The notes: generated by a model from the sequence alone, not told the origin. Shown: positions 18,675-29,102, counted from the stretch's first letter. The stretch: DNA of 64,000 nt from an uncultured Gemmatimonadaceae bacterium (GCA_963761305.1 CAVXGK010000002.1:384001-448000); one strand, 5' to 3'. Translations and numbers: made by a program.

Positions 18675-18868
18675 ACTCGCAGCGCCGCCACGCCGATCCG
18701 TTCCTTGGCGCGCGTGCGCGGGCCCGCGGGCCCGGGGGCTCGGAGTGGGACTGTCCTCCGCGGACCGCTTGCAGTATTGCCGAAACTGCCTGGCAATACT
18801 GCAACGGCTCCGCTCCGGACAGCCCCACCCGCTCGCCCCCTCGAATCGGCGAACGACGGACTGCGAGT
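18675..18868. repeat. Long nested imperfect hairpin
   Basis: ACTCGCAG/CTGCGAGT outer, GGGGGC..GTGGGACTGTCC/GGACAGCCCCAC..GCCCCC middle, TTGCAGTATTGCC/GGCAATACTGCAA inner. Confidence 0.8.
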
Positions 18869-18944
18869 GGCGTCGGCTGCGCGTCGCGTTCACCGGCGCG
18901 CGCGTGACACCGACCGCCGACGTCACGCGCGCTTGCGCCCCAGG

Positions 18945-19030
18945 CGGCTCGGGCGCGTGAACAACAGCTCGGGCGCGTGACGACCCGACAGCTCGGGCGC
19001 GTGAACGACAGCTCGGGCGCGTGAACGTCA
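18945..19030. repeat. Four direct repeats of GCTCGGGCGCGTGA
   Basis: Copies at 18947, 18967, 18991 and 19011. Confidence 0.9.
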
Positions 19031-19052
19031 GCCCGGCCCGGCCGCGTAGCGA

Positions 19053-19718
19053 TCAGCCCGTCGCCGCCGCGCGAAACTCCGCCGGTCGCTCGCGGCGCGC
19101 CGATGCCAGCGCAGCCTGCGCTGCGTCGGAGTTCAGATCGGCGCCGTAGACCGGCGTGCCCGGCTGCTGCCGCCAGGAATCGGCCAGCGTGCCCGTGTCG
19201 ACCCCGTCGAATCCCAGCTCATCGATCAACTTGATCACGACGGCTTTGGCCGACGCGTCGTCGCCGGCGACGGGAAGCGCGATGCGTCCCGACTGATCGG
19301 CCGCGCGGCCGCGCTCGAGCAGATGCTGCGCGTAGATCGTATTGAACGCCTTCACGACCGGCCGGCCGAGCTGCTGCGCGACCCACTGGCTCTCAGGCGT
19401 GCCGTCTTCGATCGCGGCAATGCGGCCGTCGCGCTGGGGATAGTAGTTGCCGGTGTCGATGACGACTGGGTGATCCCCCGACTCGAACAAGTCTTTCGGC
19501 AGATCGCGAACATTCTTTTCGGGAATGGTGACGATCACCACGTCCTTGCCGTGCGCCGCTTCGCGCACCGTCGCTGCCTTGGCGCCCGATACCCCGACCA
19601 GCGCGGCCAGCGATTCAGGTCCTCTGGAATTCGCAATCGAGACGTCGTGGCCAAGCGCGCTCAGGCGACGCGCGAGCGTGCCGCCGATATGACCCGAACC
19701 GATGATGCCGATCTTCAT
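19053..19718 (-). CDS. NADP oxidoreductase, F420_oxidored family
   Basis: MKIGIIGSGHIG, IANSRGPE, IDTGNYYP, VVKAFN, SWRQQPGTP. Confidence 0.9.
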   Translation of the reverse strand: MKIGIIGSGHIGGTLARRLSALGHDVSIANSRGPESLAALVGVSGAKAATVREAAHGKDVVIVTIPEKNVRDLPKDLFESGDHPVVIDTGNYYPQRDGRIAAIEDGTPESQWVAQQLGRPVVKAFNTIYAQHLLERGRAADQSGRIALPVAGDDASAKAVVIKLIDELGFDGVDTGTLADSWRQQPGTPVYGADLNSDAAQAALASARRERPAEFRAAATG

Positions 19719-19838
19719 GTCATCCTCCGCAGAACGAGGGCTAGCCAATCGCTCCGCGGCGACGCCGCAATTTCCCGGCCCAGCTCAGCGCTCCGCGACG
19801 ACTAGTGGAGGAGCAGGGCAGTCAGGCCGCGACGCGCG

Positions 19839-20339
19839 TCAGTACACCGACTCCAGCGCCATGTCGAACACGAGCACCGTGTTCGGCGGGATGTCGGTGC
19901 CGGCGCCGCGCGCACCATAGCCCAGGTTCGGTGGAACGACGAGCCGGCGCTTGCCGCCAACGCGCATCCCGAGCAGACCCTCTTCCCAGGCGGCGATGGT
20001 CTGGTGCGACCCGAGCGCGACCGTGACCTCGCCGTCGTCGAACTGCTTGCCGTCGGCGCGCCACCCGGTGTAACGAACGACAGCGGTGCGGCCGCGAACG
20101 GCGATCGCTCCAGTGCCCGGGGTAAGCTCCTGCACGTAGAGCCCGGACGCGCGCTTGACCATTTGATCGAGGTGTACGCCGAGCGAGGGATTGAACTGTG
20201 TCAGCTCGACGTCGCCCGCGATCGGCTGGGGCAGGGTCGTCGCCGCAGCCGCGGGTCCGCCGCCACCGCCGCCGCACCCCGACGAAAGGACGGCGACCAG
20301 CGTCGACGCGAGCACGGCCAATCTCGGCCCGGAGTTCAT
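19839..20339 (-). CDS. FKBP-type peptidyl-prolyl isomerase, lipoprotein
   Basis: VRYTGW, WEEGLLGMRVGGKRRLVVPPNLGYG, IPPNTVLVF; lipobox LSSGC. Confidence 0.92.
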   Translation of the reverse strand: MNSGPRLAVLASTLVAVLSSGCGGGGGGPAAAATTLPQPIAGDVELTQFNPSLGVHLDQMVKRASGLYVQELTPGTGAIAVRGRTAVVRYTGWRADGKQFDDGEVTVALGSHQTIAAWEEGLLGMRVGGKRRLVVPPNLGYGARGAGTDIPPNTVLVFDMALESVY

Positions 20340-20405
20340 AGATTTCACGAGGTCCTCAGGCTCCTCACTGTTTCCGACTCTTCGATACTCCGACTCTTCG
20401 ATACG

Positions 20406-20891
20406 ATGACCGCAGTCGAATCTCGCGCCGTTCCCGCCGTAGGCCAAGAAGCGCCCGACTTCACGCTGCCGTCGACGTCCGGCGAGAAGGTGACCCTGTC
20501 GTCGCTGCGCGGCTCGCCCGTGTTGATCGCGTTCTTTCCGCTCGCGTTCACGAGCACCTGCACCGCCGAGTTCTGCGAGATGCGCGACGATCATGACCAG
20601 TTCGCGCGGCGCGGCGTCACGGTGCTTCCGATCTCCGTCGATTCGACGGACACGCTCAAGGAGTACCGGGCCAAGCACGGATTTCATGTCCACATGCTGA
20701 GCGATTTCCGGCGGGACGTGTCGCGCCTCTATGGAGTATTACTCGACGCCAAGTTCTACTCCAATCGCGCCTATTTCCTCTTGGACGCGCGGGGCACGAT
20801 TCGCTGGGAGCACGTCGAGAGCAACGCCAGCGACCGGCGCTTGGACGCCGAGTTATTTGACGCGATCGACGCGATCGTAAGTCATGGCTAA
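20406..20891 (+). CDS. Peroxiredoxin (AhpC/TSA, AhpE-like)
   Basis: APDFTL, FFPLAFTSTCTAE, LSDF, NRAYF. Confidence 0.9.
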   Translation: MTAVESRAVPAVGQEAPDFTLPSTSGEKVTLSSLRGSPVLIAFFPLAFTSTCTAEFCEMRDDHDQFARRGVTVLPISVDSTDTLKEYRAKHGFHVHMLSDFRRDVSRLYGVLLDAKFYSNRAYFLLDARGTIRWEHVESNASDRRLDAELFDAIDAIVSHG

Positions 20892-21111
20892 ATAGGGGTT
20901 TGTTCTAAGCCACCGGAGACTGCGTCGAGGCGTAGTTTTCGGGGCCGGTCGGCGCACCACTCCCATGCGTTGCGCGGCGCGCTGGTGCGCGTCTAACGTG
21001 TGCAATCGGTCATCTTGTCCCGCCTCCCTCGACCGCTGCATCGCTGTGGCCTCTCCGTCCTCTCCAACTCCCAAGTCGCCGTCTCCGAGCGTGCGCCCTT
21101 CAGCGCCGCGC

Positions 21112-22653
21112 GTGAAACACCGACTCTCGATTCCCGTCCCGCGCACCCTCACCGCGCTGGCGGAGATCGCCGCGGCCGTCGCCACCGGCGAAACCGTGGG
21201 CGACGTCATACCGGGCGTGCTGTCGTCGGTCGCCGCGCAGTTGGACGGAACGCAAGCGACGCTGTGGCTGCGAGGGCTCGACGGTCTTCGCCGCGCATGG
21301 TCGGTCTCCCAGGATGCCACTTCCCCGGACGCCGTCGTGGCGCAGCTGGCGCTCGGCAGCCACGATTCGAGCGACGGGTTCGTCGCCGCGCGGCTTTTGG
21401 CGGGCCGTCAGGAGCTCGGCGCGCTGAGCGTCCGGCCGGGTCGCACGCTACTCGGCGAAGACACGCTGTTCATCTCCGCCGTCGCCGACCTGTTGGCCCC
21501 CGCGCTCCGCGACGCCGAGTATGCGCACCACCTCGAGTCCGAGGTGGCGGCGCGCACCCGCGAGATCGAGGCGCAGCGCCGCTTCACCGAAAAGATCATC
21601 GATTCGCTGCCCGTCGGTCTCTACGTGATCGACCGCTCGTATCGCATCCAGGCTTGGAACCGGAAACGCGAGATCGGCCTGCAAGGCGTGTCGCGCGAGG
21701 AGGCGATCGGCCGCACGATCTTCGAGATCCTGCACCGCCAGCCAGCAGAGCTGCTCCGCGGAGAGTTCGAGCGGGTATTCGAATCGGGTGAGATGCAGCA
21801 GTTCCCGATCGAGTCGAGCGCGTTCGGCGAGCCGCGTGCCTACCGGATCACCAAGATCCCGATGCACCTCGACGACAAGGATGTCTCGCACATCATCACG
21901 ATCGGCGAGGACATCACCGATTGGCGGCGCGCCGAGCAGCGCTTCGCGCAGGCCGAGAAGCTCGCCGCGATCGGCACGCTGGCGGCGGGCGTGATGCACG
22001 AGATCAACAATCCGCTGGCGACGATCGGCGCGTGCGCCGAAACGCTGTCGCTGGCGATCGACGAAGGCACGGTCGCCGTGCAGCGCGGCGGGGCGGAAGT
22101 GAAGGAATCCTTCTCGCTGATTCAGCAGGAAGTGCTTCGCTGCAAGGGCATCATCGACGGGCTGCTCGACTTCAGCCGGCCGAAACCGACCAACAAGACG
22201 GCCGTCGACGTGAACGCCGTGATCGAGAAGACGCTGCGACTCGTGAAGCACCACCCGCGCTTCCGCCGCGTGGCGGTGAGCGTGGACGGCGACACGACCA
22301 TCCGTCCGGTGCTCGGGAACGAGGAGCAACTGGTGCAGGTCTTTCTCGCGCTGCTCCTCAACGCGCTCGACGCCATGGAAGAGAAGGGCGTGATCTCGCT
22401 TCGCACGCGGAGCGACAACGGCGGCGCGACGACCGTCGCCGAAGTGATCGACCGCGGCCACGGCATCCGAAACACAGATCGCTCCAAGATCTTCGAGCCC
22501 TTCTTCACCACGAAGCCTCCGAGCCGCGGCACCGGGCTCGGACTGTCGATCTGCTACGCCATCGTCACCGAGCACGGCGGCCGCATCGAGGTCGACAGCA
22601 CGGTCGGCGAGGGCAGCGTGTTCCGCATTCTGCTGCCTGCGGGCGCCGCATGA
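21112..22653 (+). CDS. PAS sensor histidine kinase (start uncertain)
   Basis: PAS; EKLAAIGTLAAGVMHEINNPL H-box; N, G1, F and G2 boxes. Confidence 0.93.
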   Translation: MKHRLSIPVPRTLTALAEIAAAVATGETVGDVIPGVLSSVAAQLDGTQATLWLRGLDGLRRAWSVSQDATSPDAVVAQLALGSHDSSDGFVAARLLAGRQELGALSVRPGRTLLGEDTLFISAVADLLAPALRDAEYAHHLESEVAARTREIEAQRRFTEKIIDSLPVGLYVIDRSYRIQAWNRKREIGLQGVSREEAIGRTIFEILHRQPAELLRGEFERVFESGEMQQFPIESSAFGEPRAYRITKIPMHLDDKDVSHIITIGEDITDWRRAEQRFAQAEKLAAIGTLAAGVMHEINNPLATIGACAETLSLAIDEGTVAVQRGGAEVKESFSLIQQEVLRCKGIIDGLLDFSRPKPTNKTAVDVNAVIEKTLRLVKHHPRFRRVAVSVDGDTTIRPVLGNEEQLVQVFLALLLNALDAMEEKGVISLRTRSDNGGATTVAEVIDRGHGIRNTDRSKIFEPFFTTKPPSRGTGLGLSICYAIVTEHGGRIEVDSTVGEGSVFRILLPAGAA

Positions 22654-24065
22654 TGAGCGGCACGACGACTGACCGTTCGGTCTTCGAACGCTCCACGGCT
22701 GAAACCCAGCCGAGCCGCGGCATCCGCGTGCTGGTGGCGGAGGACGAAGAGAATCTCGCCCAGATCCTCTGCACGTTCCTGCGCAGCCGCGGCCATCAGG
22801 TCGTCTGCGTCGGCGACGGCAAGGCCGCGCTCCAATCGCTTCGCGACGAAGCGTACGACGTAGCGATCGTGGACATCGTGATGCCCGAGGTGGACGGACT
22901 CGAGGTATTGCGCCAAATGCGCGCCGAGCCGGAACCGCCCGAGGTCATCGTGATCACCGGAAACGGCACGGTCGAGACGGCGATCACGGCCATGAAGCTG
23001 GGCGCGTACGACTACCTCGCGAAGCCGTACCGCATGGCGGAGATCGACGTGCTCGTGCGGCGCGCCTGGGAGAAGCACCAGCTCGCGCGCGAGAACCGCT
23101 ATCTGCAAGCGCGTCTCTCCCGCGTCGACTCGACGCCCGAGGTGGTGACGCAGTATGCGCCGATGCACGCCGTGCTCACGCTCCTCGAGCGGATCGCCAC
23201 CACCGACTCGCCGGTGCTCATCACCGGCGAATCGGGAACGGGCAAACGGCTGCTGGCGCGGGCGATTCATCGTCTCTCAGGACGCACCGGGCCGATCGTC
23301 GAGGCGGATAGCTCGTTGCTCGCCGAGGGCGTGCTGGACATCGAGCTGTTCGGCCACGAGCGCGGCGCGTTCAGCGGCGCCGTGACGCGCAAGGCAGGGC
23401 TCATCGAGCTCGCCGCCGACGGCACATTGTTCATCGGCGACATCGGCATGCTCAGCACGAAGCTCCAGTCGAAGCTTGCGCGCACGTTCGAGCACGGGAG
23501 CTTCTTCCGCGTCGGCGGCACGCAGAAGGTCGAAGTCTCGGCGCGCCTCGTGACGTCGAGCGGCCATGACCTTGAGCAGGCCGTGCGCGACGGACGCTTC
23601 CGCGACGACCTGCTGTGTCGCGTGAACGCCGTGACCGTGGCGCTGCCGCCGCTGCGTGAACGGACGGTCGACATTCCGCTCCTCGCCCAGCACTTCCTGA
23701 CGCAGCTCGCCGGTGCCACCGCGCCCGTGCTTACGCCGGACGCCATCGCGCTCATGCAGTCGTACCCGTGGCCGGGCAACGTGCGCGAACTGCGCAACGC
23801 CATCGAGCGCGTCGTTCTGTTGTCGAGCGCCGACCGGACGGAGATTCGCGCGCAGGACCTGCCGCTCTTCACGCCGGGAACCATGCCGCGCGCGAGCGTC
23901 GGCTCGTCCGTCACGTTGGCCGAGCTCGAGCGCCACCACATCGAGGCGGTGCTGGCGCAATCGAACTGGCACCAGGGGCACGCCGCCAAGACGCTCGGCA
24001 TCTCGTCGAAGACGCTCTACAGGAAGATCCGCGAGTACGGACTGACGAGGCCGAAGAAGGACTGA
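22650..24065 (+). CDS. NtrC-family response regulator (REC-AAA+-Fis HTH) with degenerate AAA+ motifs
   Basis: REC domain, GESGTGK, GAFSGA, YPWPGNVRELRN, LGISSKTLYRK. Confidence 0.92.
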   Translation: MMSGTTTDRSVFERSTAETQPSRGIRVLVAEDEENLAQILCTFLRSRGHQVVCVGDGKAALQSLRDEAYDVAIVDIVMPEVDGLEVLRQMRAEPEPPEVIVITGNGTVETAITAMKLGAYDYLAKPYRMAEIDVLVRRAWEKHQLARENRYLQARLSRVDSTPEVVTQYAPMHAVLTLLERIATTDSPVLITGESGTGKRLLARAIHRLSGRTGPIVEADSSLLAEGVLDIELFGHERGAFSGAVTRKAGLIELAADGTLFIGDIGMLSTKLQSKLARTFEHGSFFRVGGTQKVEVSARLVTSSGHDLEQAVRDGRFRDDLLCRVNAVTVALPPLRERTVDIPLLAQHFLTQLAGATAPVLTPDAIALMQSYPWPGNVRELRNAIERVVLLSSADRTEIRAQDLPLFTPGTMPRASVGSSVTLAELERHHIEAVLAQSNWHQGHAAKTLGISSKTLYRKIREYGLTRPKKD

Positions 24066-24202
24066 CGGCGACGGCACGCGCTGATTGGGTGAAGCGCGCG
24101 GGACGGAGTCTGTAGCGTCGGCGACAGCATCAGGAGGCAGGAACGGCGTCCGCTGATGCGTCAGTTCTCGCTTTGCCGACCGTCCCTGCTGTAGCTTTCG
24201 TC

Positions 24203-24919
24203 ATGCGAATCCTCGTCATCGAGGACGATCCGACCGTCGGGCAATACGTGAAGCGCGGGCTCGAGGAGCAGCGCTGGTCCGTCGATCTCGTCGCTGATGG
24301 CGAAGAGGGCGAGCGGCGGGCGGGGTCCGAGGCGTACGACCTCGTCGTGCTCGACATGCGCTTGCCCGGCAAGTCCGGGCTCGAGCTGCTGCACTCGCTG
24401 CGCGCGCGTGGCTTCGAGCGTCCCGTGCTCGTGCTCACAGCGCAGGACGCCGTCGACGCGAAAGTCACCGCGCTCCGCGCCGGCGCCGACGACTATGTCA
24501 CCAAGCCGTTCGCGTTCGAGGAGCTTCTCGCCCGTGTCGAGGCAATCGCCCGGCGTCCGCGCGCGCTCGCCTCGCCGACGCTCACCGTCGGCGACCTGGT
24601 GCTCGACCAGGCGACGCGCGAGGTGCGTCGCGGCGGGGAGCTGATCGAGCTCACGCCGAAGGAGTTCACGGTTCTCGAATACCTGATGCGCCACGCCGGA
24701 CGCGTGATGAGCCGCACGCTCATCACGGAATACGCGTGGGGATATCATTTCGACCCGGGCACGAACATCGTGGATGTCGTGATCAACCACCTCCGGAAGA
24801 AGGTCGATGCGAAGCACGGCCATCGGCTGATTACGACCGTCCGCGGCGTCGGGTACATGATCAAGGAGGAGGATCCGGAACCGCGCAGGCGCGAGCCGGC
24901 CTCGGGGCGCGCGACGTAG
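24203..24919 (+). CDS. OmpR-family response regulator (CusR/CzcR-like)
   Basis: MRILVIEDD, GADDYVTKPF, LTPKEF, TNIVDV, TVRGVGY. Confidence 0.95.
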   Translation: MRILVIEDDPTVGQYVKRGLEEQRWSVDLVADGEEGERRAGSEAYDLVVLDMRLPGKSGLELLHSLRARGFERPVLVLTAQDAVDAKVTALRAGADDYVTKPFAFEELLARVEAIARRPRALASPTLTVGDLVLDQATREVRRGGELIELTPKEFTVLEYLMRHAGRVMSRTLITEYAWGYHFDPGTNIVDVVINHLRKKVDAKHGHRLITTVRGVGYMIKEEDPEPRRREPASGRAT

Positions 24920-26476
24920 ATGACGACGCGCGGCCGCCTGACCGCGACCTACGCCGCGCTGCTGGTCGCGACGTTGATCGTCTTCGGCATCGCGATGTCG
25001 GTCATGCGCGACACGAGCGCGCGCAGCGTCGACGCGACCATTCGACCGGCCGCGGATACGATCGCGGCGGCGATTCGGGCGCTGCAGCAGCAATTCCCGG
25101 TGCAGCCGGAGAGCGCGCTCACGACGACCCTGTACAACTCCGTCACCGGCGAACCCCTGGCGGCATCGAGCGGCCGCCTGCGCAAAACGCTGGGCCGGAT
25201 CCCGGGGTACTTCCTCGTCTTCAACGACCAGAACGAGCTGCTCTACGCATCGCCGCCGATGAAGGCGTTGTCCGCGGGCGACCAGGACGTGGTCAGCCGC
25301 GTCGCGAAGCGCCTGGCGACGTCCGACGAGGATGCGCGGCTCGTGCTGCACGGCGACTCGTCCAACGCTTACTCGCTGCAGCTGTTTCTCGTCGCCGACT
25401 CGGTATCGTCGACCGCGGTTCCTGTCCCGAACATCTCGCGCGTCGTCGTGGCGCAAGACGTGTCCTTCGCCGACCTGCTGCCACCGTTGGTGACGGGCTC
25501 GTTGATCATCATGGCACCGATCGTCATTCTGCTCTCCATCGCCGCGGCCTACTCCGTGCTCGGCGGGCTCTTTCGTCCCGTGGATCAGCTCATCAACGAA
25601 GTCGAGGCCATTACCGACGGACGGAGCTTGCACCGCCGGTTGCCGGCCGACCCGGGCAACGACGAGCTCGCACGCCTGAGCCAGACCGTGAATGCGATGT
25701 TGACGCGCCTGGAGGAATCGTTCGGAGCGCTGCGGCGGTTCACCGCCGACGCAAGCCACGAACTCAAGACCCCGCTGACCGTGCTGCGCGCCGACGTCGA
25801 GCGGGCGATGCACCCGTCGACGAACCGCGGCGACCGCATGGTCGCGCTCGAAGAGGCGCTGCAGGAGACGGCGCGCATGTCCGACCTCGTGAACAGCCTT
25901 CTCACGCTGGCCCGCGCCGACGAAGGGCGGTTCGACATCCACCGCACGCCGGTGGATCTGGAACCGTTGCTGCGCGAGATCTACGAGACCGCGGTGATCC
26001 TCGGCGAGGACGCAGGTCTCACGCTGGCGTTCACGTCGCCCGAGAACGGCGTCGTGATGGGCGACCGCACGCGGCTTCGGCAGCTGCTGCTCAACGTCGT
26101 GACGAACGCCATCAAGTACACGCCCCGCGGTGGCCACGTCGAGCTATCGGCGACGCGGCGCGGCGTCGACGAGGTCGCCATCGCGATCCGCGACACGGGG
26201 ATCGGGATCGCGGCGAACGACCTGCCCCATGTCTTCGATCGTTTCTGGCGGGCGGACCGCGCGCGCTCACGGCAGTCGGAGCGAGGCGGGTTCGGCCTTG
26301 GACTTGCAATCGCGCAGTGGATCGTGCAGGCGCACGAGGGCACGATCGCCGTCCAGTCGCGGCTCGGCCGCGGGTCGATTTTTACGATCGTGTTGCCGGT
26401 CGTTTCGCAGCCGCCGGCCCCGGGTGCGCCCGAGTCGTCCGAACAGGAACCCGCGGTCGAACCGGCCGAGGGATGA
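24920..26476 (+). CDS. HAMP sensor histidine kinase
   Basis: 2 [31 protein letters not shown]. Confidence 0.95.
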   Translation: MTTRGRLTATYAALLVATLIVFGIAMSVMRDTSARSVDATIRPAADTIAAAIRALQQQFPVQPESALTTTLYNSVTGEPLAASSGRLRKTLGRIPGYFLVFNDQNELLYASPPMKALSAGDQDVVSRVAKRLATSDEDARLVLHGDSSNAYSLQLFLVADSVSSTAVPVPNISRVVVAQDVSFADLLPPLVTGSLIIMAPIVILLSIAAAYSVLGGLFRPVDQLINEVEAITDGRSLHRRLPADPGNDELARLSQTVNAMLTRLEESFGALRRFTADASHELKTPLTVLRADVERAMHPSTNRGDRMVALEEALQETARMSDLVNSLLTLARADEGRFDIHRTPVDLEPLLREIYETAVILGEDAGLTLAFTSPENGVVMGDRTRLRQLLLNVVTNAIKYTPRGGHVELSATRRGVDEVAIAIRDTGIGIAANDLPHVFDRFWRADRARSRQSERGGFGLGLAIAQWIVQAHEGTIAVQSRLGRGSIFTIVLPVVSQPPAPGAPESSEQEPAVEPAEG

Positions 26477-26617
26477 ATCGTTCCGCCTCGCCACGGGGGC
26501 CGGGCAGACGCTTCACCAACTTTTAATGTTGTCGGCATTCCGCCCTAACGCTCGGGGCGTAGGTTAACCCACCGAACATCCCGCGCATATCCTCGTACCC
26601 AATCAGGCCAACGAGAC

Positions 26618-27331
26618 ATGTTCGACAATCTCATCGAGTCGCAGGCAGCAAAACAAAAGCGCGCCGGTGGGTTCCTGTGGAGCTTCGTGATCCACTCGGT
26701 CCTCATCGCGGGCGCCGTCTACGCGACGTACAGCGTGGGCAACGCGCTCGAGAAGCCAAAGGCGGAAAAGGTCGAGTTCGTCACCGTGAAGAAGAACGAC
26801 CCGCCGCCACCCAAGGAAGAGGTGAAGCCGCCGCCGGAAGTCATCATGAAGGCGCCGCCACCGAAGGGCTTCCAGGTGCTGACCGCCCCGATCAAGATCC
26901 CCGACGTGTTGCCGCAGATCGACATGTCCAAGAAGGTCACGGACGAAGCGGACTTCACGGGCAAGGGCGTCGCCGGTGGTATCGCCAAGGGCGTCGTCGG
27001 CGGAACGCCGACCGCGGTGAACGACAACCAGACGTACTTCGAGTTCCAGGTCGAAAAGCAGGTCACGCCGTACCCGAACAACACGGCGCCGCACTATCCG
27101 GACATGCTTCGCTCGGCGAACGTCGAGGGCGAGGTGCTGGCGCAGTTCGTGGTCGACACGACCGGCAAGGCCGACATGAGCCAGTTCCACATCCTCAAGT
27201 CGACGCACGACTTGTTCACGAACGCGGTTAAATCCGCGCTCCCGAACATGAAGTTCTACCCCGCGGAGGTCGGCGGGAGGAAAGTCCGGCAGCTCGTGCA
27301 GATGCCGTTCCAGTTCAACCTGACCAAGTAG
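26618..27331 (+). CDS. tonB: Energy transducer TonB
   Basis: N-terminal TM with SxxxH, Pro-rich linker, YPDML...VEGEVLAQFVV. Confidence 0.9.
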   Translation: MFDNLIESQAAKQKRAGGFLWSFVIHSVLIAGAVYATYSVGNALEKPKAEKVEFVTVKKNDPPPPKEEVKPPPEVIMKAPPPKGFQVLTAPIKIPDVLPQIDMSKKVTDEADFTGKGVAGGIAKGVVGGTPTAVNDNQTYFEFQVEKQVTPYPNNTAPHYPDMLRSANVEGEVLAQFVVDTTGKADMSQFHILKSTHDLFTNAVKSALPNMKFYPAEVGGRKVRQLVQMPFQFNLTK

Positions 27332-27368
27332 CTCCTCACCACTTCACTGAGTCGGAGACTCGAAGATT

Positions 27369-28103
27369 ATGGATTTCTCATTGCTCGGCCTATGGCACCA
27401 GATGGGACTCTTTGCCAAGGGCATCTGTGTCGTGATGGCGGTGATGTCGATGTACTCGCTCACGGTCATGGTTTCGAAGTGGTGGAACCTCCGCAAAGCG
27501 CAGAAGGAAACGATCAAGTTCGCCCCCGAGTTCTCGCAGTTCCTCGAGGAAGACAACCTCACCGAAGCCATCCGCCTCGCGGAGAGCTACAAGAAGTCGC
27601 ACGTCGCGCTCGTCCTCGGCGGCGCGCTTGGTGAAGTGAAGCCCCTCATCGCCGACGGCTCGGTCACGGTGGCCGACATCAACTCGGCGGAGCGCGCGGT
27701 CGAGCGCAACATGCTCCTCGAGATCACGAACCTGAAGCGCGGCCTCGCGGTGCTCGCCACCGTAGGCGCGACGGCGCCGTTCGTCGGACTGCTCGGCACC
27801 ACGATGGGCGTCGTGAACTCGTTCACCGGAATGGCCGCGTCGGGCTCCGGCGGTCTCGCGGCGATCGGCGGTGGTATCGCCGAGGCCCTCATCACGACGG
27901 CGTTCGGTCTGCTCGTCGCCATCCCGGCCGTGTGGGCGTACAACTACTTCACGACCAAGATCGACAACCTCACGGCCGAAATGACGTACGTGTCGAAGGA
28001 AATGATCGACTACCTCATCAAGGGCGTGTCGGGCGAATTCGGCCGGTCGCGCTTCACGCGTGAGTTCAATGCCGCCTCGAGCGGCGGCCCGATCTCGCAG
28101 TAG
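27369..28103 (+). CDS. exbB: MotA/TolQ/ExbB proton channel
   Basis: TAPFVGLLGT, GIAEALITTAFGL. Confidence 0.92.
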   Translation: MDFSLLGLWHQMGLFAKGICVVMAVMSMYSLTVMVSKWWNLRKAQKETIKFAPEFSQFLEEDNLTEAIRLAESYKKSHVALVLGGALGEVKPLIADGSVTVADINSAERAVERNMLLEITNLKRGLAVLATVGATAPFVGLLGTTMGVVNSFTGMAASGSGGLAAIGGGIAEALITTAFGLLVAIPAVWAYNYFTTKIDNLTAEMTYVSKEMIDYLIKGVSGEFGRSRFTREFNAASSGGPISQ

Positions 28104-28129
28104 TCCACCCCGTCGCGGAGGGATTTCGA

Positions 28130-28612
28130 ATGGCAATGTCGACGGGTGGAGGGGGGACCAGCGTTCAATCCACGCCGAACGTGACGCCGATGGTGGACGT
28201 CATGCTCGTGCTGCTGATCATCTTCATGGTGGTCACGCCGGCACTCTTGGCGGGATTCCAGGCTGAGCCACCGCAGGCCCAAAACATCAAGGACCATCCG
28301 GAAGACGACCAGACCGATCAGGTCCTGGGCATCGACAAGGATGGGTACTACTACCTGAACAAAAAGCTGATCAAGAAGGAGGAAATTGCTCCCGCGATTC
28401 GGCACATCTACGTCGACGGGCAGCGTGACGACTACATCATGTACCTCAAGGCGGACAAGGGACTGCCGTACGCCAGGGTGCTGGACATGATGGACATGGC
28501 CGCGCACAACGGAGTGAAGGTCGTCGCCATGATCAGCGACCAGAAACCGAACACCGTCTCGACGATTCCTGGAGACACGAAGGTGACGACGCCAGCCGGA
28601 GGGGCCAAGTAA
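28130..28612 (+). CDS. exbD: ExbD/TolR
   Basis: NVTPMVDVMLVLLIIFMV; LKADK. Confidence 0.92.
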   Translation: MAMSTGGGGTSVQSTPNVTPMVDVMLVLLIIFMVVTPALLAGFQAEPPQAQNIKDHPEDDQTDQVLGIDKDGYYYLNKKLIKKEEIAPAIRHIYVDGQRDDYIMYLKADKGLPYARVLDMMDMAAHNGVKVVAMISDQKPNTVSTIPGDTKVTTPAGGAK

Positions 28613-29082
28613 TGTCTATGACCCCAGGCGGTGGCAGCGGCGGCTCGACGGGCGGCACGTTGTCCAACGAGCCGAACGTCACACCAATGATCGACGTCTT
28701 GCTCGTGTTGTTGATCATCTTCATGGCGGTGCTGCCGTCGATGCGGAAGTCGATCGACATTCAGCTGCCGGATCCGAACCCCACGGTTCAGCCGGCCAAC
28801 CAGAAGTCCGATCAGATCGTGCTGGAGGTTCACTCCAACCAGCACTACGCGATCAACACCCGAGAGGTCACGGGGACGGACAATCTGTACAAGGAACTCA
28901 AGTCCATTTACGACCCGCGCCCTGAAAAGATCATCTTCGTCAAAGGTGACTCGACCGTGAAGTATGCCGAGATCATCGAGGCGATGGACATCTCACGCGG
29001 TGCGATCGGTGTGCACTCGGTCATCGGTGTTCCACCGAAGGACACACCGGGAGCCCCGGCAGGCGCGGCTCCGGCGAAGTAG
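28612..29082 (+). CDS. exbD: ExbD/TolR, second copy
   Basis: NVTPMIDVLLVLLIIFM; FVKGD. Confidence 0.92.
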   Translation: MSMTPGGGSGGSTGGTLSNEPNVTPMIDVLLVLLIIFMAVLPSMRKSIDIQLPDPNPTVQPANQKSDQIVLEVHSNQHYAINTREVTGTDNLYKELKSIYDPRPEKIIFVKGDSTVKYAEIIEAMDISRGAIGVHSVIGVPPKDTPGAPAGAAPAK

Positions 29083-29102
29083 CAAACGGGACAGACGTTT
29101 GT

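Larger units (their letters stand above)
3851..19050. mobile_element. tRNA-adjacent accessory region (island-like, no integrase seen)
   Basis: Starts right after tRNA-Ala; mixed orientation, short hypotheticals, gene remnants, an AT-richer gene, long intergenic gaps; right boundary approximate. Confidence 0.5.

Noticed and set aside
18945..19030. CRISPR array
   Set aside because: Repeat is 14-18 bp with only 6-10 bp between cores; no unique spacers and no cas genes
17208..19052. ORF-track proteins in the hairpin block (e.g. 18313-18534, 18555-18926)
   Set aside because: The shared TWVLSPT peptide is just the inverted repeat read on opposite strands; no RBS or coding bias
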